The position numbers and the translations under genes were made by a program. A stretch of 63,514 bases of DNA, counting the filler, from Octopus bimaculoides (taxonomy: Eukaryota), in NCBI RefSeq assembly GCF_001194135.2. It is 5 parts of 5 records of this genome, joined end to end, with 100 filler letters (N's around TTAATTAATTAA, not from the genome) between each part and the next. Parts side by side here need not be neighbours in the genome. Positions count along the whole stretch, not along the records: positions 31,872 to 54,986 come from NC_069009.1; 4 more parts are not named here. One strand, written 5' to 3'. This document shows positions 39,371 to 51,176 of this stretch, piece after piece. Every line of letters begins with the position of its first letter. Positions within the stretch are counted from its first letter, which is position 1. A model generated the notes under the pieces. It saw nothing but the letters and a program-made list of their open reading frames with translations, was not told the DNA's origin and made no database searches.

Positions 39371-40290
39371 GGGTACTTCAGAGTGACAAGTACACCCACG
39401 TACAGAGTGACAAGTACACCCAAGTAGAGTGACAAGTACACCCACATACAGAGTGACAAGTACACCCAAGTACTNNNNNNNNNNNNNNNNNNNNNNNNNN
39501 NNNNNNNNNNNNNNNNNNNNNNNNNNNNNNNNNNNNNNNNNNNNNNNNNNNNNNNNNNNNNNNNNNNNNNNNNNNNNNNNNNNNNNNNNNNNNNNNNNNN
39601 NNNNNNNNNNNNNNNNNNNNNNNNNNNNNNNNNNNNNNNNNNNNNNNNNNNNNNNNNNNNNNNNNNNNNNNNNNNNNNNNNNNNAGTACACCCAAGTAGA
39701 GTGACAAGTACACCCACATACAGAGTGACAAGTACACCCAAGTACAGAGTGACAAGTACACCCAAGTACAGAGTGACAAGTACACCCAAGTAGAGTGACA
39801 AATACACCCACATACAGAGTGACAAGTACACCCAAGTACAGAGTGACAAGTACACCCAAGTAGAGTGACAAGTACACCCACATACAGAGTGACAAGTACA
39901 CCCAAGTACTGAGTGACAAGTACACCCAAGTACAGAATGACAAGTACACCCAAGTACAGAGTGACAAGTACACCCACGTACAGAGTGACAAGTACACCCA
40001 CGTACAGAGTGACAAGTACACCCACGTACAGAGTGACAAGTACACCCAAGTACAGAGTGACAAGTACACCCAAGTACAGAGTGACAAGTACACCCAAGTA
40101 CAGAGTGACAAGTACACCCAAGTACAGAGTGACAAGTACACCCAAGTACAGAGTGACAAGTACACCCAAGTACAGAGTGACAAGTACACCCAAGTAGAGT
40201 GACAAGTACACCCACATACAGAGTGACAAGTACACCCAAGTACAGAGTGACAAGTACACCCAAGTACAGAATGACAAGGTACACCCAAGT
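39371..40290. repeat. 24-bp minisatellite GAGTGACAAGTACACCCAAGTACA with 22-bp and CACATA/CACGTA variants
   Basis: Directly visible; interrupted by an N gap at 39475-39684. Confidence 0.97.
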
Positions 40291-40344
40291 CCCCCTCTAG
40301 CACCCACACATATATGCCACCTGTATCCCATCCGGGTTACTCAC

Positions 40345-40402
40345 CTGCTCTATTCGTATGTCCCAGTCACCAAATAGCTTCTTACCGCGGAAATATTTCG
40401 AC
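40345..40402 (-). CDS. Syn: Synapsin coding exon 2 (58 nt)
   Basis: ttcttcattgacAG|G TCG AAA...GAG CAG|GTGAGT. Encodes SKYFRGKKLFGDWDIRIEQ and completes the W codon from exon 1. Confidence 0.97.
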
Positions 40403-40508
40403 CTGTCAATGAAGAAGAGAAAGAAATAAGAAAGGGTGAAGAAGATGTGTACGTTTAGAGGTAACTGGGTTTGTCCCACCCTCATCACTATCTTCATCAT
40501 TATCATTA

Positions 40509-40904
40509 CTCTTTTACTCTTTTACTCGTTTCAGTCATTTGACTACGGCCTTGCTGGAGCACCGCCTTTAGTCGAGAAAATCAACCCTGGGACTTAGTCT
40601 TTGTAACTCTAGTACTTATTCTATTGGTCTGTTTTGCCGAACCGCTAAGTGACAGGGACGTAAACACACCAGCATCAGTTGTCAAGCAATGCTAGGGGGA
40701 CGAACACAGACACACACATACACACACATATATATATACATATATACAACGGGCTTCTTTTCAGTGTCTGTCTACCAAATCCACTCACAAGGCTTTGGTC
40801 GGCCCGAGGCTATAGTAGAAGACACTTGTCCAAGATGCCACACAGTGGGACTGAACCCAGAACCATGTGGTTGGTAGGCAAGCTACTTACCACATAGCCA
40901 CTCC
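40509..40904 (-). mobile_element. Full-length SINE family B about 110 nt upstream of the exon 2 acceptor
   Basis: Its reverse complement matches the 36121-36520 copy over its whole length. Confidence 0.9.
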
Positions 40905-41089
40905 TGCACCATTGTAACTTGTAGTTTCTTACTCTTTGAAATACCAAATTCTGCTCCCTCCGTTAATGACTACCTCCTCATCTCTCCTTATTTTATGTCA
41001 ATGATGGAGCCTCAACGTGGTCGCCCTGTCTCCTAGAAACAGCAGCCAAATCTTCCTACAAATCACACTTTTTCAACTTACATAAAAAT

Positions 41090-41718
41090 GTACATTGTAG
41101 ATATCAATATATAAAAAGATGGGATGGTCACAAATGGAACATCTATGACCTAGGTCTGCTGGATATGGACTGACTTGGGGCTAAGCAACAACAACAATTG
41201 TAACCACTAATACTAACTACTATACTGTACATTAGGTAATGTAGTCCTAGATACACTATGTCTGGATAAAAGATGGAGTGGTCACAGCTAGAGCATCTCT
41301 GATTGTAGGTCTGGTGGACCAGGACTGACCTGGTGCTAAAAAAACAACTATAGCCATTAATACAACTATATTGTACATTAGATAATGTAGTCCTAGATAC
41401 ACTATACCACCTGAATAAAAGATGGGATGGTCACAGCTGGAGCATCTTTGATCATAGGTCTACTGGATCAGGACTGACCTGGGGCTAAACAACAACAATT
41501 ATAGCCATTAATACTAACTACTACACTATACATGAGGTAATGTAGTCCTAGATACACTATGTTCGAATAACACTTGGGATGGTCACAGCTGGACACAGCA
41601 AGAACATCTTTGATCATAGGTCTACTGGACTATGACAGACCCGTGGCTAAACGACAACTATAACCACTAATACTAACTACTATACTGTACATTAGATAAT
41701 GTAGTCCTAGATACACTA
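41090..41718. repeat. Four tandem copies of a about 150-bp unit
   Basis: GGGATGGTCACAGCTGG...GATCATAGGTCT...GTAATGTAGTCCTAGATACACTA; unit starts near 41115, 41269, 41418 and 41570. Confidence 0.9.
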
Positions 41719-42806
41719 CATGGTGGTGGTGGTAGTAGTAGTAATACTACTGATAGTAGTAGTAGTGGTAGTAGTGGTGGTCCTGTGGTGGAATGCGGTG
41801 GAACATGTCTACCAAAGGTGCCACACTCCAATGACTGAGGTGAGTAACAGATAAAAGGTAGCATGTGCATTAACTGCAGTTTTGCATTCAGCACCAAACT
41901 TGCTAACTGCAATTACTGTCAATAGAAAATGCAACAGTTGTAGTTAGCATATTAGCATGTGTGTCGTTAATGTGCAATTGTTGGTGGCGCAGTAGATAAT
42001 GAAGCAGATATACACTGCATTGATAGAATGCAGTTGTTGGCATTGGAAGTGCAGCAGGTATATTCTGCATTGTCAGAATACAGTTGCCGGTGCTGGAAAT
42101 GTAATAGATAATACTCTGCATTGTCAAAATGCAATTATTGGTGTTGGAAGTGCATTGTTAACGTGTAGTCGTTTGCATCAGAAATGCAGTAGCATACATG
42201 TTTCTGTCGACTTGATTTTGCTAAAGCAGTTGACATTGAAAAGTGCAATGGATGCTTTTATCGTCAAAATCATCGTGCATTTGGTGCATCACTGATTGAA
42301 AAAAGAAACTGCAGCTGCTGCAGTTGTACTAACATGAACATGCATCTGGTGCATTGCAAGATTAAGATAAAACTGCAGCTAGCATATTTGATATTGATAG
42401 TAATAACAGCAGCTGGCTAATTCATTGATGAAAGCAAATCTGCAGTTGATGCACATTTTGTTGCAGGTAGTATTCTTATAAACTGCACTATGTGAGCATG
42501 TGTTGTAGTAGGAGTATTTTAACAGTTGCTGTGCAGATGTTAGAGATGCAGTTGTCATTGCATAAGTTGCTTGCAACATAACAGCAATCAGTGCACCATA
42601 CACCATAGCTGCAATAGGGTGCAGTTGTTTCAGTTTATCAGTTGTGGCTGCGTGGTAAAGTAGTTTGCCTTGCAACCATGTGATTTAGAGTTCAGTCCTT
42701 CTGTGTGACACCTTTGGTGGACGCGCATTCCACCACATTCCATCAGAGGCCTGGGCCAACAGAGATCTTCATTGACAATTTCCTTGATAGGAAATGAGTG
42801 TCAAAA

Positions 42807-42843
<37 letters not shown>

Positions 42844-42849
42844 CATACA

Positions 42850-42926
<77 letters not shown>

Positions 42927-43933
42927 AAATAACAACAGATGGATTGTGGTTCACTACAACTGTTTCAGATATATCTTTTATTGATGAATTGAATCATTAC
43001 ATGCAAAAAAAACCATTTTCATCAGGTGAATATAAGTAAGAATAAAACATTTTAAAACATCTCAATTCCAAAGCAAAAATGTCATTGACCTGACCTTGGT
43101 TCGTTTACTATTCTGGGACCTGATTTGCTTGAACCCTGAATTTATATATATTTATATGTGTCAGTAGTGGTGTCTGAATATCAAATCATACAAATAAATT
43201 TTTTTTACTATTCTAATCCAGAAACGCGTCTATGATTGACTAAGAATGGTTAGTTTCGTTATTTTTTTTCTTCTTGTTTTGCCTTTGTGAGTGACAGGTA
43301 TTGCTATCTGTTGGAGACTTATTTTAGTAGTAGAATTACCATTTTAACTGCTATTTATAAATTTCGGTATGTGGTAAAGCAACTGTTGCTGATCCCTTAA
43401 TTATGTTTATATACATATATATATATAGACATACATAGGGTATATATAGCAAGTGAGAAAGCCTCTTCAGCTTGATGCATGCAGAGGATGCTGTTCAGGC
43501 CAAGTGCAGTATAGAAGAGCCGGGGACTTTTATGACAGAGGAGAGTTGGCAGGGGATGAGGAAGTGCATGTCACTCTTTGCATCTTCGACATCTGATCCC
43601 TGCCTCTTGACGTCAATTATTTTCTGATAGGTCTGTTTCCTTAAAGATGACATGCTGAGCTGTCATCCTTTCCACACTCTTCTACAGCTATATTGATGTG
43701 ACTTGAACAAAATCGAATGCTTCCAACAGCACAAACTTTGTGCAGTCATGAGGATTCGATAGAAAGACTTAGTTATCATTTGGCTAGTGTTAGGAATATA
43801 AATTGTGACTAAGGTTTGATGGAAGATTTTAATTCAAAACTTTTGAAAACAAGACATCTGTACTACAGAGCCAGAGGCGGTTTCAGCCAGGTTGGTATCA
43901 AAAGGGTTAAGAATTATTTCACTATTATATATT

Positions 43934-44164
43934 TTAACCATTTTGTTACCATATTTCTGTTGAGATGCTCTGTGTTTCTTTCAATTAATTTTAAATATAA
44001 CAAAGAATTTAGTAAAAAAACTTAGTTATCATTCAGCTATAGTGTTAGGAACATAAATTGTGACTAAGGTTTGGTGGAAGATTTTAATTCAAAACTTATG
44101 AAAACAAGACATTTGTACTCAGAGCCAGAGCTGGTTTCAGCTGGGTTGGTAACGAAAGGATTAA
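43934..44164. mobile_element. piggyBac-type MITE with TTAA ends, plus a partial tandem copy at 43768-43909
   Basis: TTAA-CCATTTTGTTACCA ... TGGTAACGAAAGGA-TTAA; the upstream copy ends TGGTATCAAAAGGG-TTAA. Confidence 0.8.
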
Positions 44165-45126
44165 TGTTGCCCTAGATTTACTGATTAAATAAAAGATGGA
44201 GGTGGTTATGGTTGGAACACATTTGATCATAGATCTGCTTGATCATTAATGATCTGGGGGTTATATAACAATAACGTCTCCCTAAATAAAAGCAATATGT
44301 ACCCTATAACACCCCCCTATGTACCCTTATGTATAAACCTTGGTGTTTGGTGAGCTGAAATGAAATTCCATATTTTATAAAGGAATATTTTTGAAATTAG
44401 ACACAAGAATGCAGAAGACATATACAGAGGTGGACAAAAGTAGGTGTGCAGAGGGTTGATATGTAAGCACTTCAAATGTGTATAGAAATAAAAGAGGGCT
44501 TCTTATGAACTAGGGATCATCTAAAAATCCCTTAGTTGACTTATGAACCACTTAGGTTTAAAAAAAGGAAATAGAGAAATGAAAAGAACATTCCATTCGT
44601 ATTAAACAACTATATACCTACTTTTGCGCATGTGTGTGTATGCATGTGTGTGTGTATGCATGTGTGTGTGTATGCATGAGTGTATGTGTGTGTGTGTGTG
44701 TATATGTGTACACAAGCATCTCAGAAGTAAATAGACACCTCTTATTATGTCATTTTACCTTTGTGGACACTATCTGGTGTTTCAAAATTGTTAATATATA
44801 AAGAATAAAAAGTTTTGAATGGTACAACAATGCACTATAATATTTTTTAAAAATAGACTATATATTTGTTGTAATTTAGTTATCTATAGTCCGATGTTAA
44901 TATATATTATATGCACAGGGCATGTCAACTATCATCATCATCATCATCATTTAATGTCTGTTTTCCATGCTGTCATGGGCTGGACAAGTTGACAGAAGCT
45001 GGTATTGTTTCTATGGCTGGATACTCTTCCTAATGTCAACCACTTTACAGAGCATACTGGGAGCTCTTTTATGAAACACCAACACAGAAGCATTTTGGTT
45101 GGAATGTATTGAGGTGAATTTTTCAT

Positions 45127-45168
<42 letters not shown>

Positions 45169-46171
45169 TGTGTGTATGTATATACATGAAGTGAATTCAG
45201 AATCTGCTCATTGAATGAAGTACTGTATAACTGTTTGTTATCTTAAGCAATTCTATATGTTCTGGATTGTTAGATGTTGCTAGCCAGTAAAACTTATGTT
45301 ATATCAGAAAGCTAAAAAGATACCTGCCTAGATTTTAAATCCCTATTCCTTTGCATTACACACACACACACACTATTAATCAAATATGTCTATTGAAAAC
45401 AAATTGTACTGGATTTCAAATAAGTGCTCTTGGTATGAGAAATGAATAAAAACCTTAAAAGGTATTTAGAGATTCAATTAGCGTGGTTATATATTAGAGA
45501 GTAAAAGTTGGAAAAGTTATATCTTAAAAATCACAGTATATATTAGTCCATGAGATAAGCAATATTGTATTTATAAATAAATAGATAAAGTACAGCTATG
45601 ATCATGAAAAAAATGTTTAAAAAAAAGGTTTTGGAAGTTCTTACGACTGTTTCATGAATATACAACATCTCAAAATGAAATCTAGAGTTGATGACCGTTA
45701 TTGGGAAGTATATCCACTCATCAGAGAAAAGGGTGAATTTCAGTGTAGTAAATCGAATGCTGGAAATGCTATTTAAAATCGGATGAGAAAGGTGTTGTCT
45801 AAAAAGTTATTGGTATAAATCAGTGTTGGCATAAATTCGAGCTAAAAATTTTGAAAAAATAAAATAAATCCATGGTAAGAATCCATAATGGCTGTGTGGA
45901 GATAGAATTCCCATAATTCATTTCCTTTTCAATGTGTAATCCGTAAGTATACTTATGGATCCATAGCTGTACTTTATTATTTAGCAATACGATATTGCTT
46001 ATATTATGGACTTGTATATGTATAATGCATATGTTAAAACATATGCACCTGAGGTCTGTACACAATAAATTCATTATTATTATTATTATTATATATATAT
46101 ACTTACCTATACACATGTCTGCATATATGTGTGTGTGTGTGTATACATATATATATGTGTGTGTCTGTGTC

Positions 46172-46245
<74 letters not shown>

Positions 46246-46638
46246 NNNNNNNNNNNNNNNNNNNNNNNNNNNNNNNNNNNNNNNNNNNNNNNNNNNNNNN
46301 NNNNNNNNNNNNNNNNNNNNNNNNNNNNNNNNNNNNNNNNNNNNNNNNNNNNNNNNNNNNNNNNNNNNNNNNNNNNNNNNNNNNNNNNNNNNNNNNNNNN
46401 NNNNNNNNNNNNNNNNNNNNNNNNNNNNNNNNNNNNNNNNNNNNNNNNNNNNNNNNNNNNNNNNNNNNNNNNNNNNNNNNNNNNNNNNNNNNNNNNNNNN
46501 NNNNNNNNNNNNNNNNNNNNNNNNNNNNNNNNNNNNNNNNNNNNNNNNNNNNNNNNNNNNNNNNNNNNNNNNNNNNNNNNNNNNNNNNNNNNNNNNNNNN
46601 NNNNNNNNNNNNNNNNNNNNNNNGTGTGTGTCTGTGTC

Positions 46639-46686
<48 letters not shown>

Positions 46687-47673
46687 CATATAGGGAGAAA
46701 AGAAGTGTATAACCACACAAGAAAGTATATAGGAGAATTTGTTTTGGGATTTCACGTCGTAATTGTTAATATCCCCCAATATAACTGAACTTTCAATCAT
46801 GTATGACTGTTACAAAATTCATCGAACATTTGAACTTGTATTACTGTCTATCTCTTTGGCACTCCTTGGAACTTGTATGAACATTTGATTATTTAAGTAT
46901 GTTTTTCTGAATTTTCTTTTGTAACTTTAATCTTTTCTAAACCCGTTTCATGTTTATTTTTCTATTTTCACATTGATAAACAAAAAAAGAGTCGAAACCG
47001 GTTTGGTATTTTTATAAATCTGCAATGAAAGTTAAAACCAACTACGTGTTTTGATATTTGAGTCCCAAAACAAAATTTCTCCGATATATGCTATAAAAAT
47101 ATATACATATAAATATTCATACACACACACACGCACACATGAACACATTTGCATATATTTGATATCCGTGCAATATACATGCAACATGCAAATATACATA
47201 GAAATACTCACAAATGTATATACATATACACATTTACTCATGTGTATGTGCTCACCCGCCCGTCCATCCCTGTTGGCCATGATATATGACAGAGGCAGGG
47301 ACACACCTTTTAGCATCAGTAAGGCAGTGCCACCTGACAGGTGATAGTGATTCATCTCCCTTGAAAAGAAACAGACAAAGACATACTTCCCAGCACAAGT
47401 CAGCTTCTCGTCAGGGGGCGCTGGAGTACAGACTTAAAACCAAAAGCCAGAGTGAGGAGATGATGGTGTGGTGACTTGGGTGGACCCCATGCTTACAGAT
47501 ATTCTTACAGTGATAGTGGTGATGGTAATGGTGATACTGAAGTCGGCATAACTGGTGGTGAAGTGTGGTCCTGTATGGGGTTTCTAAGTATGCTAGAAAT
47601 AACAGCTGACAATTTTGAAATAAGAAATTCCAACTTTTCTTTGGGTAATTTTCATTACTAACTACAAATAATA

Positions 47674-48000
47674 GGAGGCCCAGTGGTTAGGGCAGCGAAC
47701 TCACGGTCATAGGATTGCGGTTTTGATTCCCAGACCGGGCGTTGTGAGTGTTTATTGAGAGCGAAAACACCTAAAGCTCCACGAGGCTCCGGCAGGGGAT
47801 GGTGGCGAACCCTGCTGTACTCCTCCACCACAACTTTCTCTCTCTTACTTCCTGTTTCTGTTGTACCTGTAATTCAAAGGGTCAGCCTTGTCACACTGTG
47901 TCATGCTGAATATCCCCGAGAACTACGTTAAGGGTACACGTGTCTGTGGAGTGCTCAGCCACTTGCACGTTAATTTCACGAGCAGGCTGTTCCGTTGATC
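47674..48000 (+). mobile_element. tRNA-derived SINE family C, cut by a gap
   Basis: Matches the 62115-62494 copy. Confidence 0.85.
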
Positions 48001-48536
48001 NNNNNNNNNNNNNNNNNNNNNNNNNNNNNNNNNNNNNNNNNNNNNNNNNNNNNNNNNNNNNNNNNNNNNNNNNNNNNNNNNNNNNNNNNNNNNNNNNNNN
48101 NNNNNNNNNNNNNNNNNNNNNNNNNNNNNNNNNNNNNNNNNNNNNNNNNNNNNNNNNNNNNNNNNNNNNNNNNNNNNNNNNNNNNNNNNNNNNNNNNNNN
48201 NNNNNNNNNNNNNNNNNNNNNNNNNNNNNNNNNNNNNNNNNNNNNNNNNNNNNNNNNNNNNNNNNNNNNNNNNNNNNNNNNNNNNNNNNNNNNNNNNNNN
48301 NNNNNNNNNNNNNNNNNNNNNNNNNNNNNNNNNNNNNNNNNNNNNNNNNNNNNNNNNNNNNNNNNNNNNNNNNNNNNNNNNNNNNNNNNNNNNNNNNNNN
48401 NNNNNNNNNNNNNNNNNNNNNNNNNNNNNNNNNNNNNNNNNNNNNNNNNNNNNNNNNNNNNNNNNNNNNNNNNNNNNNNNNNNNNNNNNNNNNNNNNNNN
48501 NNNNNNNNNNNNNNNNNNNNNTGTGACATATATACA

Positions 48537-48576
<40 letters not shown>

Positions 48577-48629
48577 ATCTATTTATCTATCTATCAACCT
48601 ACCTACCTGCCTACCTATCTATCTATCTA

Positions 48630-48675
<46 letters not shown>

Positions 48676-49285
48676 TATATATTATTATTATATGTCTATA
48701 TTGGTTGAAAGCTAATTGAGTCATGCCAAAGCCACGAACAGTTACAGTTGTGATGACTGAATGCAGAATAATAGTATTATTATTATTAATAATAATAATA
48801 ATAATAATATGTGTGTCTGTCTGTGTGTGTATGTATATATATGTATGTGTATATATGTATATATTTATATATATATATATATACATATACAGGTTATGAA
48901 GAGAGAGTAGTTTTTGTTCAAATTATGTGCTGTACGTTTGTTCACAATGTATTACATAATACAAGACTTTATAACATGAATTACATAATATAAATTACAG
49001 CACCAAACTGTCTCTTCAGGCATTTTGAACAGCTGTATCAACTTGCTTGGAGTAAAGTATGGCTGAACATGGGTTCTTGGGGCAAGACCACAACTCCTTA
49101 ATTCTTATGCTAAAAATAATCATGATAACCGGAACAATAAAAATCTGCAAGACCTTCCAAAGGTTTAAAGGATGATGAACAAAGCAATGGCTGCATGTAT
49201 CTACTTTTGAAAATGTAAGGATTCATATAACGCAATGGGAGGGCCTCTTTGAGGTAATTTTATCTGCTAGAAATAGCAGTCTATA

Positions 49286-49516
49286 AGGCGGCGAGCTGGC
49301 AGAAACGTTAGCACGCCAGGTGAAATGCTTAGCGGTATTTCATCTGCCGTTACGTTCTGAGTTCAAATTCCGCCGAGGTTGACTTTGCCTTTCATCCTTT
49401 CGGGGTCGATAAATTAAGTACCAGTTATGCACTGGGGTCGATGTAATCGACTTAACCCCTTTGTCCTTGTTTGTCCCCTCTATGTTTAGCTCCTTGTGGG
49501 CAATAAAGAAATAAGA
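49286..49516 (+). mobile_element. Full-length SINE family A with 15-bp TSD
   Basis: AGAAATAGCAGTCTA at 49269-49283 and 49514-49528. Confidence 0.9.
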
Positions 49517-49853
49517 AATAGCAGTCTAATTTTTCTCAAATCACACATAAATGTCTTCCAAAACAAGAAGAGCGAGTGAGGATGAGCACATATTAAACTA
49601 TGTAGTCTTAGATACACTGTGCCTGATTTAAAAGAAACAGGCCAGGCTTCTGCTGCAACATCTCTTGATCATAGCTCTGCCAGATTGGGGCCTGGACTGA
49701 CCAAGTGACCATCACCACCATCACTGCTGCTGCTACTATTGCTACTACTACTACTACTACAAATAACAAAAAGATATAAAACATCTTTACACAAAAAATC
49801 CCTCCACCCCACCCCTATAAAATAATCCCAAGGAACAAAAATAGGGGCCTTAC

Positions 49854-50134
49854 CAGTCGGTGTGGGGATCGTCAATGACAAGGAGGGTCTTACATCGGTC
49901 CTTGTTGACATTTGACCTCTGACCTGAGAATATGCCCTTGGCAATCCCGACCGCGCTGGTCTTCGATGGGGAACTGGGCGCACTCGGCGAAGGCCCCTTC
50001 CGTATCGGAAGCACGGGGACCTGGCCTTGCTCTTGGGCATCACGTAGCTCGCCCTGGAGGTCACCTGAGCTGAAGCGTCTCCGGAGGAAGCTGACTCCCG
50101 TCGAGAAGTTGTCCTTGAATGTTGAGAACGAAAT
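49854..50134 (-). CDS. Syn: Synapsin coding exon 1 (domains A/B and start of C); start assigned to a putative non-AUG ATT codon
   Basis: Manual translation gives ISFSTFKDNFSTGVSFLRRRFSSGDLQGELRDAQEQGQVPVLPIRKGPSPSAPSSPSKTSAVGIAKGIFSGQRSNVNKDRCKTLLVIDDPHTDW. It contains the synapsin domain A motif LRRRFSS and the domain C start LLVIDD.HTDW. Donor is TG|GTAAGG (phase 2). The 3' boundary is solid; the 5' boundary is inferred. Confidence 0.93.
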
Positions 50135-50890
50135 TTTGACGGGTTTTGTTGGAACGATTTAAGGGAAAAAATGAGAAAGACTTTTGGAGAGAGACAAAAA
50201 AGGAAGGAAGAGGGGAAAGAATTGTTTGTTTTGTTGTTTTCCTTTTTTTGTTAAATATGAGAAAGACAGACAGAGAAAAGAAAGAAATGGGAGGATGACC
50301 TTTTTTTAAAAAAAATTGAAGGAAGATTGTAGAAGGCCCCTGAAGAAGTAAGTTTTGATCTTTTGTTTTTTTAAATAAAAGAGAAATGATGGAGAAAATT
50401 GGAGCCAAATGATGAAGGAATCAAGCGTTTTCTGTATCTTTTTAGATAGAAGATTGAAGAGCTGAAGGCATAGGTTGAAAAAGGTGAAGAATGTAGAGAA
50501 AGAAGGAAGGAGTTATAATAGTGGCAGTAGGAGGAGGAAGAGAAAGTAGGAGGTGAAAATTAGAGAGGAGGAGAATTTGGAGAAAGGAGGAAAGAGTAAA
50601 GGGTAGGAGGTGCAAAGCAAGAAAGGGTGAGAGAGTATGAGATTGTGGGTGTGGGTGTGGTTAGGAAGGAAGCTAGAAAGGGGAGCAGTTAATGGGGTAG
50701 CAGAGGAGGAGTAGAGAGCTTGAAAGGAGGGAGGAGGGTGGTTTGGAGGTAGATAGGCAGGTAGATAAAGAGAGAGGCAGCAGGGAAGAAGTGTGAGGGG
50801 GGAGAGAAAGATGGTGAAGGAGGAAGACTTTGAAAGGTTAAGTGTGAAAGAAGAAGGATTGGTTATTGTAGTTTAGGTTCTTGTTGCATC
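50135..50890 (-). promoter_or_regulatory. Putative pyrimidine-rich synapsin 5' leader with a single 9-aa uORF (50471-50442, MPSALQSSI)
   Basis: A C/T-rich minus-strand tract directly upstream of exon 1, with only one ATG in about 750 nt. The transcription start is not determinable. Confidence 0.5.
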
Positions 50891-51021
50891 CACAGGTCCT
50901 TGTTTCAGTAACTGTTGAGTGTTTTCCTTCTGTTTTAGCAATCATACACACAGATATATGTATATATAATTTTATACATACATATATATGTACATATATG
51001 TGTCTTTCGTTCTCTGGCACC

Positions 51022-51059
<38 letters not shown>

Positions 51060-51141
51060 AAACTGTTTTTTCACTCTTTCTTTCTATCTGCCACCTTCAC
51101 TCTCTGTCTCTGTTCTATATCTCTCTCTCTCTCTTTGTGTT

Positions 51142-51176
<35 letters not shown>

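Noticed and set aside
39344-40331. Three overlapping 300-aa repetitive ORFs; superficially CRISPR-like array
   Set aside because: They are translations of a stop-free minisatellite, with no unique spacers and no cas genes.
45600-46070. Possible second Penelope RT remnant
   Set aside because: Only vague similarity, with no intact YxDD.
50061-50408. 115-aa ORF overlapping exon 1
   Set aside because: It has a TTG start, low-complexity leader sequence and the wrong frame for synapsin.
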